From: Marsupella aquatica
Lineage: Eukaryota; Plantae; Marchantiophyta
Assembly: GCA_973895155.1 (NCBI GenBank)
Contig: OZ316897.1
Span: 5,779,327-5,843,326, forward strand
Direction of reading: 5' to 3'
DNA length: 64,000 bases
Shown here: positions 45,265 to 56,033 of the stretch, one piece after another
How the letters are laid out: the number at the start of each line of letters is the position of its first letter
How positions within the stretch are numbered: the first letter of the stretch is position 1
Notes under the pieces: generated by a model
What the model was told of the DNA's origin: nothing
The model's database searches: none
The model's input: the letters and a program-made list of their open reading frames with translations, nothing else
Program-made: the position numbers and the translations under genes

Positions 45265-48200
45265 ATGGAAGTTGCCAAGAAAACCGTCATCGTCCTGCTC
45301 GCCAAAGAATCTGATGACTTGGATCTCTCCTCTATCGGTGATCTTGTGGCCCTAGCGCTTGGGGATTCCCAAGAATTTCAATCACAAGTCCAAAGTAAGT
45401 TTCTAGAGGTTTATTTATGCATCTTAAGTTGTTGGATTCGGATGGTCCGAATCCAAGAGGGTTGTTTGGTCCAAATCCAAGTGGGTTTTTTGCATTCGGA
45501 CCATCCGAATCCAAGTGGGTTGTTTGGATTTGGACCATCCGAATCCAAGTGGGTTGTTTGGATTCGGACCATCCAAATCCAAAAGGGAGGTTTGGATTCG
45601 GATGGTCCGAATCCAAGAGCCCTCAATCTCACTTTGACAGTGATTTCTTGAAACAAATTTCATGGATTTGAAGTCTAATATGAATTTACACTCTCCAATG
45701 CAGAGAGTGATCTGGTGAATACAACTCTCGCCATTTCAGAGGCAGACTGCGATGATGGGCTCATTTTGGAGGACCGCGATCCAGGATTTTGGTGGGGACT
45801 TGAATTCTCGCGAGTAAACTTCCGCCTGAATTCATTTAACATTCAGGATCCAATGTTATGTGTCAAGATCAGGACAAGCAACAACCAAACATTGGTCATC
45901 TGACCCGTGGTCTCTATGGGAATGATAGGAAGAGGAATAATTTCTATCATTGTAGAGGTGTCGGACACGATGAGGTGGGCAAAGTTGCAGCTCCCGTCAA
46001 AGGCTTTCTCGGCCGAGTTCAATATGGAATGGTATGCAAGTGGGGAATTAAGTGTGTTGTCGATGGGATTCTTTCCAAAATCCTACACAAAGGAGAAGAT
46101 TATTGGAGGACTGAAGGGAATGCTTCCTTTGGACATTTTGAATGGGTTTCTTTATTTGAAACTCAACATTGTAAACAACCCATCAAAGTTCTCTCTTCCA
46201 TCCACATGGACTCTTAACAATTTGCTTGAGAAAGCAGGTCTGGTATCACCAGACTCAAATGTTTGGATCGCCAAGGCACTAGCCTTTGCACACACGCTTG
46301 ACCTAGAAAAAGAAAATCTATGGGTAGAGTCTTTGGTGAAGTTGAGGAAAAGTACACAACCACAGAACATAATTGAGTCTACGCCAGCCAAAGGAACTCC
46401 AGCAACTACTGCAGCAACAACCATGGATAGAGCGGCAGGGAAGCGAAAGTAGAGGGAGAAGAAGCTTCCGGTGGAGAAACCTACTTCAGTTGAGAAGAAG
46501 ATCACGGCTCCAGTCGAGAAGAAGAAGCTTCCAGTCGAAAAAAAGTCGAGGGAGAAGAAGAAACAAAAAACTGACACCGTAGTTGTGAATTCAACTCCTG
46601 TTAGATTTTCATTACATGCTGAAGATGAGGGTGATAGGCCACATGCTCCAAAGGAGAAAGACGTCTTAGAAGGGAATGAAGTTCTTCAACAAATGGAGCA
46701 GTACTATACTTTTGGGATAAACAAAATATTTTTGATCCTAGTTGAAAGTATTTTTGCTGCACCAGCGAGACTGTGCTATCGGATGATGAATTTTGATCAT
46801 GTGCAAGACATTGCTGATTCCATGATCAAAACACCTGGGCATGAGCCACATGTCGCTGATTTGATTCCTTTTAACGTCGAGCAAAGAAAGGTACTCCACT
46901 TTGAGACTACGAAGTCGGACCGGAAGGATTTTTTGGCCGGAGTGAAAAAGGGCGAGGTCCAATTTCTAGCCGTTAGTGGTCAGCACTCTGCGAGAGCTAC
47001 GAGATGGATTCGTGATTGGGCAATGAAGGATGCCAAGCTCACCCAATTGGCCAAGAAGTTAGAATTCAGGAAATCCAGAATATTGTCTGATCGCACACCG
47101 TCTTCAATTCTTGTTGAGCACTCCATGAGATCGAACGCCATCAATAGCACGATGGTGTTTCAGTCTTGCTTTAAAGATACAGTTGTCCATGCGAGGCGAC
47201 AGTTTGTTGAATGTGGAAATCCAAACAAACCAAAACATGGCGACAACAAAACAAATGCTCAAGACAACCAAAAATTTCAGGTAAGAAATGTGATTACTTT
47301 GTGTGCATTTCTCTACCATAGAGAGTAATTCTATTTTGGATTCGGATGGTCTCAGTCCGACATGATTTGTCAAAGAGTATTGGAAATTTTGGAATGTTTA
47401 GTACAAGTTTTGTTTTTGATTGAGACCATCCGAATCCAAAACTATTATCGCACTTAGAATCCTTTTTTTCCAACCCTTGAGTTGGGGATAACTGACTAGC
47501 TTTCCTTTTGGATTGTAGGATTGGTTGGCTCTGGCAAGAATGACTATGGGCAGGAAGGACTTGCGAAATGTATACTGGCTACTTTTTGCGAACAATGATC
47601 TTTTTGAGTTGTGGCGGTTAGTCTGTGAGATATAGTTGCATGGGAAACTTCCTGATGGAGCTGGGGTGGAAGGAAATAACAAGTCCAAAAAAGCAATTAC
47701 CGTTGCCATGTTTTGTCCCTTTGATGATGAGTTGATCTCACAGAAAGACATCACAAAAATCCTGACACAAGTGAAGTCAGGAAAGGCATTGCTGAAGAAA
47801 GATGCCACAAATAAATCTGACATACCCTCAATAGAGGAGCTTGCGAAGGATGTGAAAAAAGTGAGGAAGCTCAAGTCTCTCATTGAAGAGTACTACTTCG
47901 GCAAGGATCCACGGAATTTCCCGTCGGATACCAACTGGAAGAAAGTAGTAGAGGTTCTGCCATTGTTGAGTGTTGATGCAGAATTCAGTAGATGCAGAAG
48001 AGCGGCTGGTGAAGTTTTTTTGTCAAATCTGTTGAAGCCAAATCATACCAGGGAGAGTGCAATCTTGCCAATAGCTCTGGTGATGCGCCTTGATGACATT
48101 TATTGCCAGAAGTTTGGCGGAGGGACACATTCTCGGAGCCAACCGTGGGTCACGTTCTTTAGTGACAATCTAATGAAAACAGTTGATCCACCAGCAATAG

Positions 48201-49894
48201 AAGAATCATCTCCAACGTGCTCACTTGCCATTGTTGACTTCAATCGAGATCACCAGAAGCTGTGGACGGAAGTAGAAGTTTTGGTCTTTCTGCAATACAT
48301 TGTGGAGCTACCACAAAATCTTACAATCGTTGTAGCCATAACTGTTCATCCGGGGCCTCTTGCAATGAATGTCCTAAGCTCACTTCAAAAATTGGGACAA
48401 GAGAAATCTCTCACCATTCACATTGAGTATGGGAGTTATTCTCGAGAGGATCAATCGCACGCGCTTGATTCATGTTGGGGAGGCGGAATTGAAGAAGTTA
48501 TATTTGTAGGAATTTCTCGAGATGAAAATATCAATTGGAATGATGTTTTCAAACCCAATCACCCAAAGCCAAAATTCTTTTTTGGTTCAAAAGATACTGA
48601 TTTTGAGGTCACCAAGATTGACACTGGAAAGGCGAAGGTTGATACAGACGACGTGTCAAAACCCGAAGATCTAAAAATGATGCTGACCCCAGAAGAGGCG
48701 ACCAAGGTTTTGCACATGGCCCCTTGATTTGAGATAGTTGGTGCTCGTGGTGATTGGGTGAATCCACATGCCAAACCCACGCGGATGATACAGAGGATTA
48801 TTGAATCCTTGTCAGAAGCTGGAGACTTGATTCTTGATTTTTTCTAGGGTGGTCAAGTGATGAAGACAGCATTCTTGGTGCAACGTGAATGCTTTGTTTA
48901 TTGTGACTCTCAAGATGAGAGACACTTTGTGGAAGCGTATGCTTCATTCCTTTGCGAGAGGGTCCCCTCAATCAAGAAAAATTGGGATCCTCGTGGTGGG
49001 AGTTCTAGGCATTGGAAACCCACTATTGCGGATGTTTCTGCAGAACATGAATCAGCTGATAATTCCGAAGAATTGGGCGCTAAGTCAGTCAAAGATGATG
49101 GGGCATCAGAGGTGGCGTATGCGAAGAATTTGGATGACCATGTAGGTCAAAGTGAAAGCATAGAACCCTACGATGTTGATGATAATGTTGGTCTTGCACC
49201 ACGCCCTTCATCAGGTGCAGATGACGTCCCTGTGGAACCCTATGAAGTTGAGGTTGATGACAACTTGGACAAGGATGGTCTCAATCCAAATGTGGTGCAA
49301 CGAGAAACGGACGGAATTGGAGAACCAATTGATATTGATACATTTGAAAATCGTTCGTCAATCAATTTGGTCACTGACGATGGAGACAGGCAGGTCAATT
49401 TGAATGAAGCTGACACCCAAGAATTGATTCCCGGGACGGCTTTTGAAGTACGTGAGATTCCCATGACCCTAGAAGCTCGTACATCAACGACTGTTGAGAA
49501 CCAGGCAGGTGCTTCAATTTGTCCTGACACAATCTTTTGAGCTTCTGATGACAAATTGGTTTTTGTTCGTTCACACTCAGGAAGTCCAGTTGTCCTTCCT
49601 CTCTCAAAGAAAAAAGGGAATAGAGTTGGATCAACCGGATGGAGGTCACTTGAACGTGATGCACGATGTTACGTGTGGAAAAGTGGGCCAAATAGAGGCC
49701 AAGAAGTTTCATTGGATGCTGCTACATCGATTCTTAACAGGACGGAGTATAGGAGAGGAGAATTGGGATTGATAACTCCTGTTTGGACGTCACCTTATTG
49801 GGTAGAACAAAGTACTTCAGATGTCAATTTTGAAATCCAAGAGGAGTTGGGTGTTGACATTATTGATGAATACGGATCTCTTTTTTCAGACTGA
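45265..49894 (+). pseudogene. Three-exon gene of about 1360 codons: ParB/Srx-like domain plus N6/N4 DNA methyltransferase-like domain
   Basis: Exons 45265-45394, 45704-47280 and 47519-49894 join in frame via GT-AG introns; six internal stops and no frameshift. ParB-like YRMMNFDHVQDIADSM...FLAVSGQHSARA; MTase-like VNPHAKPTRMIQRIIESLSEAGDLILDFF*GG...RECFVY. Confidence 0.65.
45432..45616. repeat. Second array of the same palindrome, linkers in the opposite orientation, inside intron 1
   Basis: About five to six units with GAGGGTTGT/GTGGGTTGT linkers. Confidence 0.92.
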
Positions 49895-50691
49895 GATCAA
49901 ACCGTCTGACTTTCCATTTTTTCATACCAATCTAAAATACTTTTCGGTCTCACAGAATGCGGTCAGCAATTAGAGCCTCGATATCCACCTACGCTCTTTG
50001 GGGCTTCTAAAAATGGTATGTGTTGTGGGAGAAATGAGACAAAGAGTTGGTTCCATCTTTACTCTTGGTAGAATATGTACATGTGGCTATGGCCTAAGTA
50101 GTTAGGGTAGTTACATAGGTAGTTATCCCAAAGGTAGACTTAACTCAAGTATGAGTTACCGGGGTGCTCTTGCGCCCCTCGATCGCTCGGTAGTTTCTTT
50201 CCTAGTTGCTTTTCCTCTGATTCTCTTTGGTGCAGTCGCAACTTCGGCAACACGGAAATTCCCTCTTTTCTCCTTCCGTGACGTGTCTTATCGCTCCCTC
50301 GCTTGCATCGGTTGCGTGGCTTCTTTATGCTATTCTTGTTTCATCATCATCGAATTTTCTCTCTCAATTCAAGTTCTTGTTGTCTCAAGTTGTAGACCAG
50401 GGGATGTGCGAATAGCCCACTCCCCCTAAGTATTTGTTTTTCCTTTCTCTTTCTGCTCTTGTATTTCTCCCGAGTTTTCAATCTTCCAATCTTGATTCGA
50501 TTGTCCTTATGGGTTTCTGTTTGCCTTCAGTTTCGCGCTGGCGCTTCGATTTTCTTCGCTTTAGATCGATTCATTTCTCTTATGCTTCTTCGCCAGTGCC
50601 TCCCGATGCTTTTGCTGCTTGAATTTTTTTTTTGCCTTCGATCAGTGGGGTGAGGTTTAGTCTTTTCTTATGGATTCTGTTCTGCGGTACT

Positions 50692-53600
50692 TGTCACGTC
50701 GTAGGCTTCGGCCTTAACTCAGACTTCAGCTTAGATGGGCACATCCCTCGAAAATCTGAGGGTTCGGGCAGGAAGGGAAGCACGTAATGTACCTTATTCT
50801 CGTAAACTAGCGCTAAGTGCGCATACTGCTAAATACGGACACCTCCTAGGTATGGTTTGTGTTCCGCCGCCAGAACGTACCTTAGTCGATAGCAGGATCG
50901 ACCCCGGCTTAAGGGCTTCTAAGCCTTCGTGCTGTCCGCCTTCGATCCGGATTCGATGATACAGGTCCTCAACCCGTGCTCGCAACCACTTACCCGCAGG
51001 CTGCACCCTGTGCACGTCTCGGGTAGTGCGTTCGGCCCGGCGCTGCCACCCATATACGAGAAACCCACACACATATGCACACACATGCATACAATCTCGA
51101 TTTACACGAAGGAAAAATGATGGGAAAGGATTTTACTACAAAGGGAACATATGCGTACACTTAGTTGACACGACAGCCCTGGAATGCACAGGTTCAAGGC
51201 CAAGGGTGCACACTACAACGGAGCCCGGCTCCGCACTCGCCCGACGAGCTTAGTCCTACCCCCTCCCCTTGGTACTCTGTCATTCCCAGAGGTCGGGACT
51301 CCCCGCATGTCCCGCGGATGTCCGACTCTGAAACTAAAAACCCCCCCCCTTGCCTCTATCGAGGGGTGCACTAAATACTAAGAGCCGAGGAACGGGGCGT
51401 CCTCCCGCCGAAGATCCGCTGACCAAGGTCCTAACTAAGCTGACAGTCAGGCCGGAAAACGGCTGTGTCTTATTAGAAGATCCTAATCTACGTAGGCTGG
51501 ATAGCAGGGCAGCGCTGCTGTACCTAAGGCAGGTGCCTGTCCCAAGAGCCTAACTAAGCCAATCCTAATCCTAATCTATTCCTACTCCGCCGCTAATGCC
51601 TGGCACGCTTGCCAGAGCCGCCCGAATGGGAACGGCCATCCCGCTACCTTCGAAGCCTGTCATTGTCCGCTTTGAGGAGCTGGACCTGGTCCAGCAGAGA
51701 TTCGTTCTCTCGCCTCGCCGCGTCCGTCTCCTCTGCTGCCTCCTGACATGCCTCCTCCAGCTGCTGGGCGTCGCTCGTCAGTTTACTCGCCAGCTGGTCC
51801 TGCTTCTCGGCCTTGGTTTGGAGCCGCGCCATCTCGGCCTGCAGCGTGGCTATCTCCGTCGCGTCCCGCTGGGCTCGCTCCTCAGCCTCCTCCAGGTCTT
51901 TCTGCCAGGTGACAGCTTGTTTCTTCAAACTGTCAATCTGGTTCCGGAGTCGTGTAATCTCGGCCTCGTTCCCAGCTTTGGCCTGTTCGGCTAGGGCGGT
52001 AAGAGCGTACGCCTTTGCTAACAACTCATCGGCGGCTGCAACCTTGGGTCGTAGTTGCAGAAGCTCAGCCTCTTGAGCCGCCACTTCGTTCTTTAGGTAC
52101 ACGGACTCCACCCGGTACCGCTCTATCCTCTGAAGGGCCTCCGACTGGGCCCGACCTGCCTTTACGGCGGCAACCAACTCCTGATTGAAGAAACAGACTA
52201 CCTTCCGGGCCATGAACTCCCCGGTATCCCGGGCAATTTGATGAGAGAAATCTCCCAGAAGCCCGTTCAGAAACGTACCCTGTACGAAGAGTTCCGGGTG
52301 GTCCAAGTTGTGCCTGTCCGGATTTGGGCACGGGCAGACATCAACACGCGCAGGGGCCGGGGCAGTGACGTCCAACCCTGGGGACATAACGTTGGAAGGG
52401 GCTGGAGTGTCCTCTTGCAGCGATGTCCGGTTCTCCGGAATTGCCACCGGCGGGTCCTTGGGAGACCCGGGTTTGGGTAAGACCTCTGCCGTACCAACTT
52501 CTGTACTTAGCCCGGCTAGTTGGGTCGCATCAACGGTTGCGACGACCGACCCCTCCGGCGCCTCCTCGGTTACGATTACAGCTATTTGTGGAGGTGGGGT
52601 GGGTGAAGCTGGCGTGTCCACTGGACTTCGGGCCTCGGGTTGGGGCCGTCTCTCCAATGCCGGAAAAACCCACCTAGCTGGGACCAGCTTTGTAACGTTG
52701 ATGCGGGGAAGGGTTCGTCGATCAAACCGGGCGTACCACTCAAGAATGATTTCGATGTGGCTAGCGAAATACGCTTTCCCGCCAATGTACAGCATCGTCC
52801 TTCGCCGCTCCATCTCTTCATGGAATTTCTTAGCGAAGTACGACGCCCATTTCCTAGGTCGATAGTTCTCGACCTGGATGACCTGGGCGGCGGAGATCTC
52901 CCCCCGGGGTTCCATCATGTGGAGAGCGTACCTCTGGAACTCCAGCCGCTCAGCTATCTCGGGCATGAGGCAGGTCCTCATCACGAACCCGTTGTCCACT
53001 GATCCCTCTGAGGGAAAACTTGAAGATTGGTACTTGGCCCCCTTGCCCCCGGGAGCCCGTGATTCGACTCGATGGTCACCTTCGGGTAACCCGAAGATCA
53101 TCTTGAGCCGTTCTTCTGTGAGGGACATATTCCTTCCCCGCAGCCGAGTCTGTTGACGTACGTCATCATAATTCTTGACGAATTCTGTCATGTCCTCCCC
53201 GTAGTACCTGCAAGTGTTCCAGGGGAGAGAGGCGAGGTGCTCAAATCCCTGAGTCTTCAGGTACACCGCATGCTTGGGATGGAGGATGTTGCTGTGAACG
53301 TTTTCCCCCATGCGATGCATCGTTACCTTGGCTACGGCTACCGTGGCCAACGGTAACCCGGATGCACTGGCGGATTCCTTCCTCTTCTTTCCCCGTGACT
53401 GACTCGGGGAAGGTGATACTTCCCCATCCTCCCGATCGGGCCTGGGGAGTTCCACTGCGGTTGGTAACGGGCCCGGGGCGGCCACGGTCACCATGTTGTC
53501 TGCTGGGGCCGCTCCTGGGGTCAGAGCAGGGGGTGGGGACGATATAGTGTCGGCCCCCCGAGCGCTTGTTCCTCTGGGCCGCCTGGTCAAGGGTGGGGTA

Positions 53601-54701
53601 GCCTCGTCGTCATCGCTAAGATCCACAGCGTTGATGACGGAGCGTACCTGTGCTGGCTGGGTGATAGGTGGTGGGGTTTGGCTAGGCCGCGGCTGAGGCT
53701 GAAGCTGAAGCTGAGGTTGCATGGGCACGGGTATGGGTACGGGTACGGGTCCGGCTGAGTTGGTCATGTTGGTTGATGGCCGAGTTCCCATGAAGCTCTG
53801 TAGGTGCTGGTAGAAGTTCTCCGAAGCGAGTGCGGATGCCCTTGTCGAACGGTTGGTACTGGACTCGCCGTTAATGACAGCCCGAACCTGGGCAGGGATG
53901 TGGTCGAAGTGATGTCGCTGCAGGTCGATTGTACCCGGGATATTGAAGACCTCGTCCGGAAGCCGAAGCAATGCTTCCCAGAACCCGATATATTTGTCTT
54001 CGTTGAAGAAGTACCCAGATACCTCAGCTGGTCGGTAAAGCTCGCTCTGAGACAGGTAGTCAAAGTTAAGGACGTAGTGGTGTCGTCCTGCTAGGCGGAT
54101 GGCTCTCTCGTATTCGCGTTCGATCTCGTATCGGCGCGGGTTGGCGTGTTTCAATGAATCGGCCAAGTGCCTTCCGGTAGATAGGAACTGCGTCCAGAAT
54201 CGAATGGCCGAGCTGGAGAGGATCGTGTGCGACATTCAGAGGAGATAGTAGTGGCGACCTAGAGAGAACGAGAGAGCTGGGGTCGAAGCTGGCGCGCGGA
54301 CTGATGGACTGGTGCACTACAAAGGGTTGGCTCCCCTTTTATACTTTGAGGGCTTGTTGATCCCCGACGTCTCCTCGATGCCCATAGGTTGAACCGCTCA
54401 CGCTTGTGGTGTACCGGCCACTCCACCGGTCTGAGTCAGCGTGCGTCAGTGGCCGCTTCCTTAAGTTGGTTATACGGACCCGAGGGAGGGGCCCCTCCAC
54501 GCTCGTAACCCGGGTGTGCGAATAGCGACCCGCCACCAGCCCGAACCTGAAGTCCCCCTTATTGCCTAATGATGTCCTACCCCTAATGATTACCTAAATA
54601 CTGTCGTTATGCTAATAATAGCGGCCTAAGACCCACCTAATGCGCGTGCCGAGCGCAGTTAGACTGAATCACTCATTAACCGCCGTACTGGCGGCGTCAC
54701 A
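50692..54701 (-). repeat. Family B 3' LTR (4010 bp, protein-coding)
   Basis: Termini match the TSD-flanked solo LTR at 34170-37345. Confidence 0.92.
51644..54235 (-). CDS. Family B LTR-encoded protein (863 aa; probably about 880 aa in the consensus)
   Basis: Uninterrupted ORF with MSLTEERLKMIFGLPEG and a C-terminal coiled coil. The solo copy has CAG at this stop; the next in-frame stop is at 51593. Confidence 0.88.
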   Translation of the reverse strand: MSHTILSSSAIRFWTQFLSTGRHLADSLKHANPRRYEIEREYERAIRLAGRHHYVLNFDYLSQSELYRPAEVSGYFFNEDKYIGFWEALLRLPDEVFNIPGTIDLQRHHFDHIPAQVRAVINGESSTNRSTRASALASENFYQHLQSFMGTRPSTNMTNSAGPVPVPIPVPMQPQLQLQPQPRPSQTPPPITQPAQVRSVINAVDLSDDDEATPPLTRRPRGTSARGADTISSPPPALTPGAAPADNMVTVAAPGPLPTAVELPRPDREDGEVSPSPSQSRGKKRKESASASGLPLATVAVAKVTMHRMGENVHSNILHPKHAVYLKTQGFEHLASLPWNTCRYYGEDMTEFVKNYDDVRQQTRLRGRNMSLTEERLKMIFGLPEGDHRVESRAPGGKGAKYQSSSFPSEGSVDNGFVMRTCLMPEIAERLEFQRYALHMMEPRGEISAAQVIQVENYRPRKWASYFAKKFHEEMERRRTMLYIGGKAYFASHIEIILEWYARFDRRTLPRINVTKLVPARWVFPALERRPQPEARSPVDTPASPTPPPQIAVIVTEEAPEGSVVATVDATQLAGLSTEVGTAEVLPKPGSPKDPPVAIPENRTSLQEDTPAPSNVMSPGLDVTAPAPARVDVCPCPNPDRHNLDHPELFVQGTFLNGLLGDFSHQIARDTGEFMARKVVCFFNQELVAAVKAGRAQSEALQRIERYRVESVYLKNEVAAQEAELLQLRPKVAAADELLAKAYALTALAEQAKAGNEAEITRLRNQIDSLKKQAVTWQKDLEEAEERAQRDATEIATLQAEMARLQTKAEKQDQLASKLTSDAQQLEEACQEAAEETDAARRENESLLDQVQLLKADNDRLRR

Positions 54702-56033
54702 TAGCTCCCTGCTTAATTGTGAAGCGTCCTCGCGAACATCGCTATCGGCGTCGTCGTCTTGATGGTGGTACTTTTTTACACGATCGTAGCTGATTCGCGT
54801 GGGGAGTAAATCGCCGGCATACGTCACAAGCTCCAAAGATCCGTTTCGGTAGATCTGATTGACAAGGAAGGGCCCCAACCACCGGGTATGCAGCTTCCCT
54901 GGAAACTGCATGTACCTACTATCGTACAGAAGGACTAGATCGCCTGCCACGACGTCGACCCTCCGTAGTCCTTTGTCGTGGTGCTTCTTCGAAGTTGCCT
55001 GTTTCTTCACGGTGTGTCGAGCTGCCAGTAGCCGTGCTTCTTCCAAGGCTTCAATCTGATAAGCTCGGTCTGACAGACTTTCAGATTCAGGTAAGCGATC
55101 CCGAATGCTGACCCGTGGAGTGTGCACTTCAAATTCGACGGGCACCAACGAATGTTGGCCAAACACCAGAAAGTACGGGCTATGACTCGTAGTAGTTTTG
55201 TAAGCTAGATTATACGAGTACACCGCCGCGTACAACTTATCATCCCAATCCGTTTTGTGCGCAGCTACAGTTTTGTTGAGGATCTTCCCAATGATACCAT
55301 TTGCTCTCTCCGCCATCCCGTTGGCTTTAGGATGATATGGGGTAGTCTTGCGGTGCTTGACTAGGTAACGCTCCGTAAGCTGGGCTACGGTGTCATTGAG
55401 GAAGTGGGTTCCACGGTCGCTTACCAATTCTAAGGGCGGTCCGAATCGGGTGAAAATCTGTTCGTATAAGAATCTGGCACTGGTTGCGGCGTCGTCCTTT
55501 ACCGTAGCCCGCGCTTCGACCCATTTGGTGGAGTAATCAATAGCTAATAGGATGTACCTGCACCTTCGCCTTCGGGTAACGGGAGTGAACGGTCCGATAT
55601 AATCAATTCCCCATTTTTCGAATGGTGCCAATGGAAGCACAGATGTGAGCGGGTGATGATGAGCCCGCCTCGAGGCCCCCGCTCGCTGACACAAGTCACA
55701 GCCCTTAATGAAGCGTTGTACATCCCGATGCAATGTAGGCCACCAATACCCCGAGTCCAGAATCTTTCGGGCTGTCGTAACTGCCGTGAAATGGCCTCCA
55801 GCTTCTTCTTCATGCAGGGCCCGTATCACGATAAGTGTCTCCTTATACTCTAAGCAGCGTCGTAACTTTCCGTTAATACCTTCCTTATGTAGGTGACCCT
55901 GTATCATGACGTAAGGCCCGGCTTTCCGTAAAAACACAGCGGCGGCCTCCTGATTGATGCCGTCAGGGATGCGGCCCGTTAAAAGGAAGGTGATTATTGA
56001 GCCGTACCACGTTGGTGTCCCTTCCCCCACGTG
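54669..56033 (-). CDS. pol: Family B integrase (C-terminal part of pol)
   Basis: HEEEAGGHF, CDLCQR, WGIDY, SDRGTHF, NGMAERAN, WLGPF. Confidence 0.93.
   Translation of the reverse strand, partial: HVGEGTPTWYGSIITFLLTGRIPDGINQEAAAVFLRKAGPYVMIQGHLHKEGINGKLRRCLEYKETLIVIRALHEEEAGGHFTAVTTARKILDSGYWWPTLHRDVQRFIKGCDLCQRAGASRRAHHHPLTSVLPLAPFEKWGIDYIGPFTPVTRRRRCRYILLAIDYSTKWVEARATVKDDAATSARFLYEQIFTRFGPPLELVSDRGTHFLNDTVAQLTERYLVKHRKTTPYHPKANGMAERANGIIGKILNKTVAAHKTDWDDKLYAAVYSYNLAYKTTTSHSPYFLVFGQHSLVPVEFEVHTPRVSIRDRLPESESLSDRAYQIEALEEARLLAARHTVKKQATSKKHHDKGLRRVDVVAGDLVLLYDSRYMQFPGKLHTRWLGPFLVNQIYRNGSLELVTYAGDLLPTRISYDRVKKYHHQDDDADSDVREDASQLSRELCDAASTAVNE

Larger units (their letters stand above)
50692..56033 (-). 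mobile_element. Family B Ty3/gypsy element, 3' half (integrase, PPT, LTR), interrupted by copy D
   Basis: The integrase ORF runs into the LTR start TGTGACGCC (54701); LTR end GACGTGACA at 50692. Confidence 0.92.

Noticed and set aside
43714-45671. Repetitive ORFs (LDSDGPNP, WIRMV)
   Set aside because: Translations of the palindrome arrays, open in several frames on both strands; one array is intronic.
50150-50166. Possible right terminus (...TTACCGGGGTG) of the DNA transposon carrying the ParB-like gene
   Set aside because: Composition changes here, but no matching left TIR or TSD is in the window.
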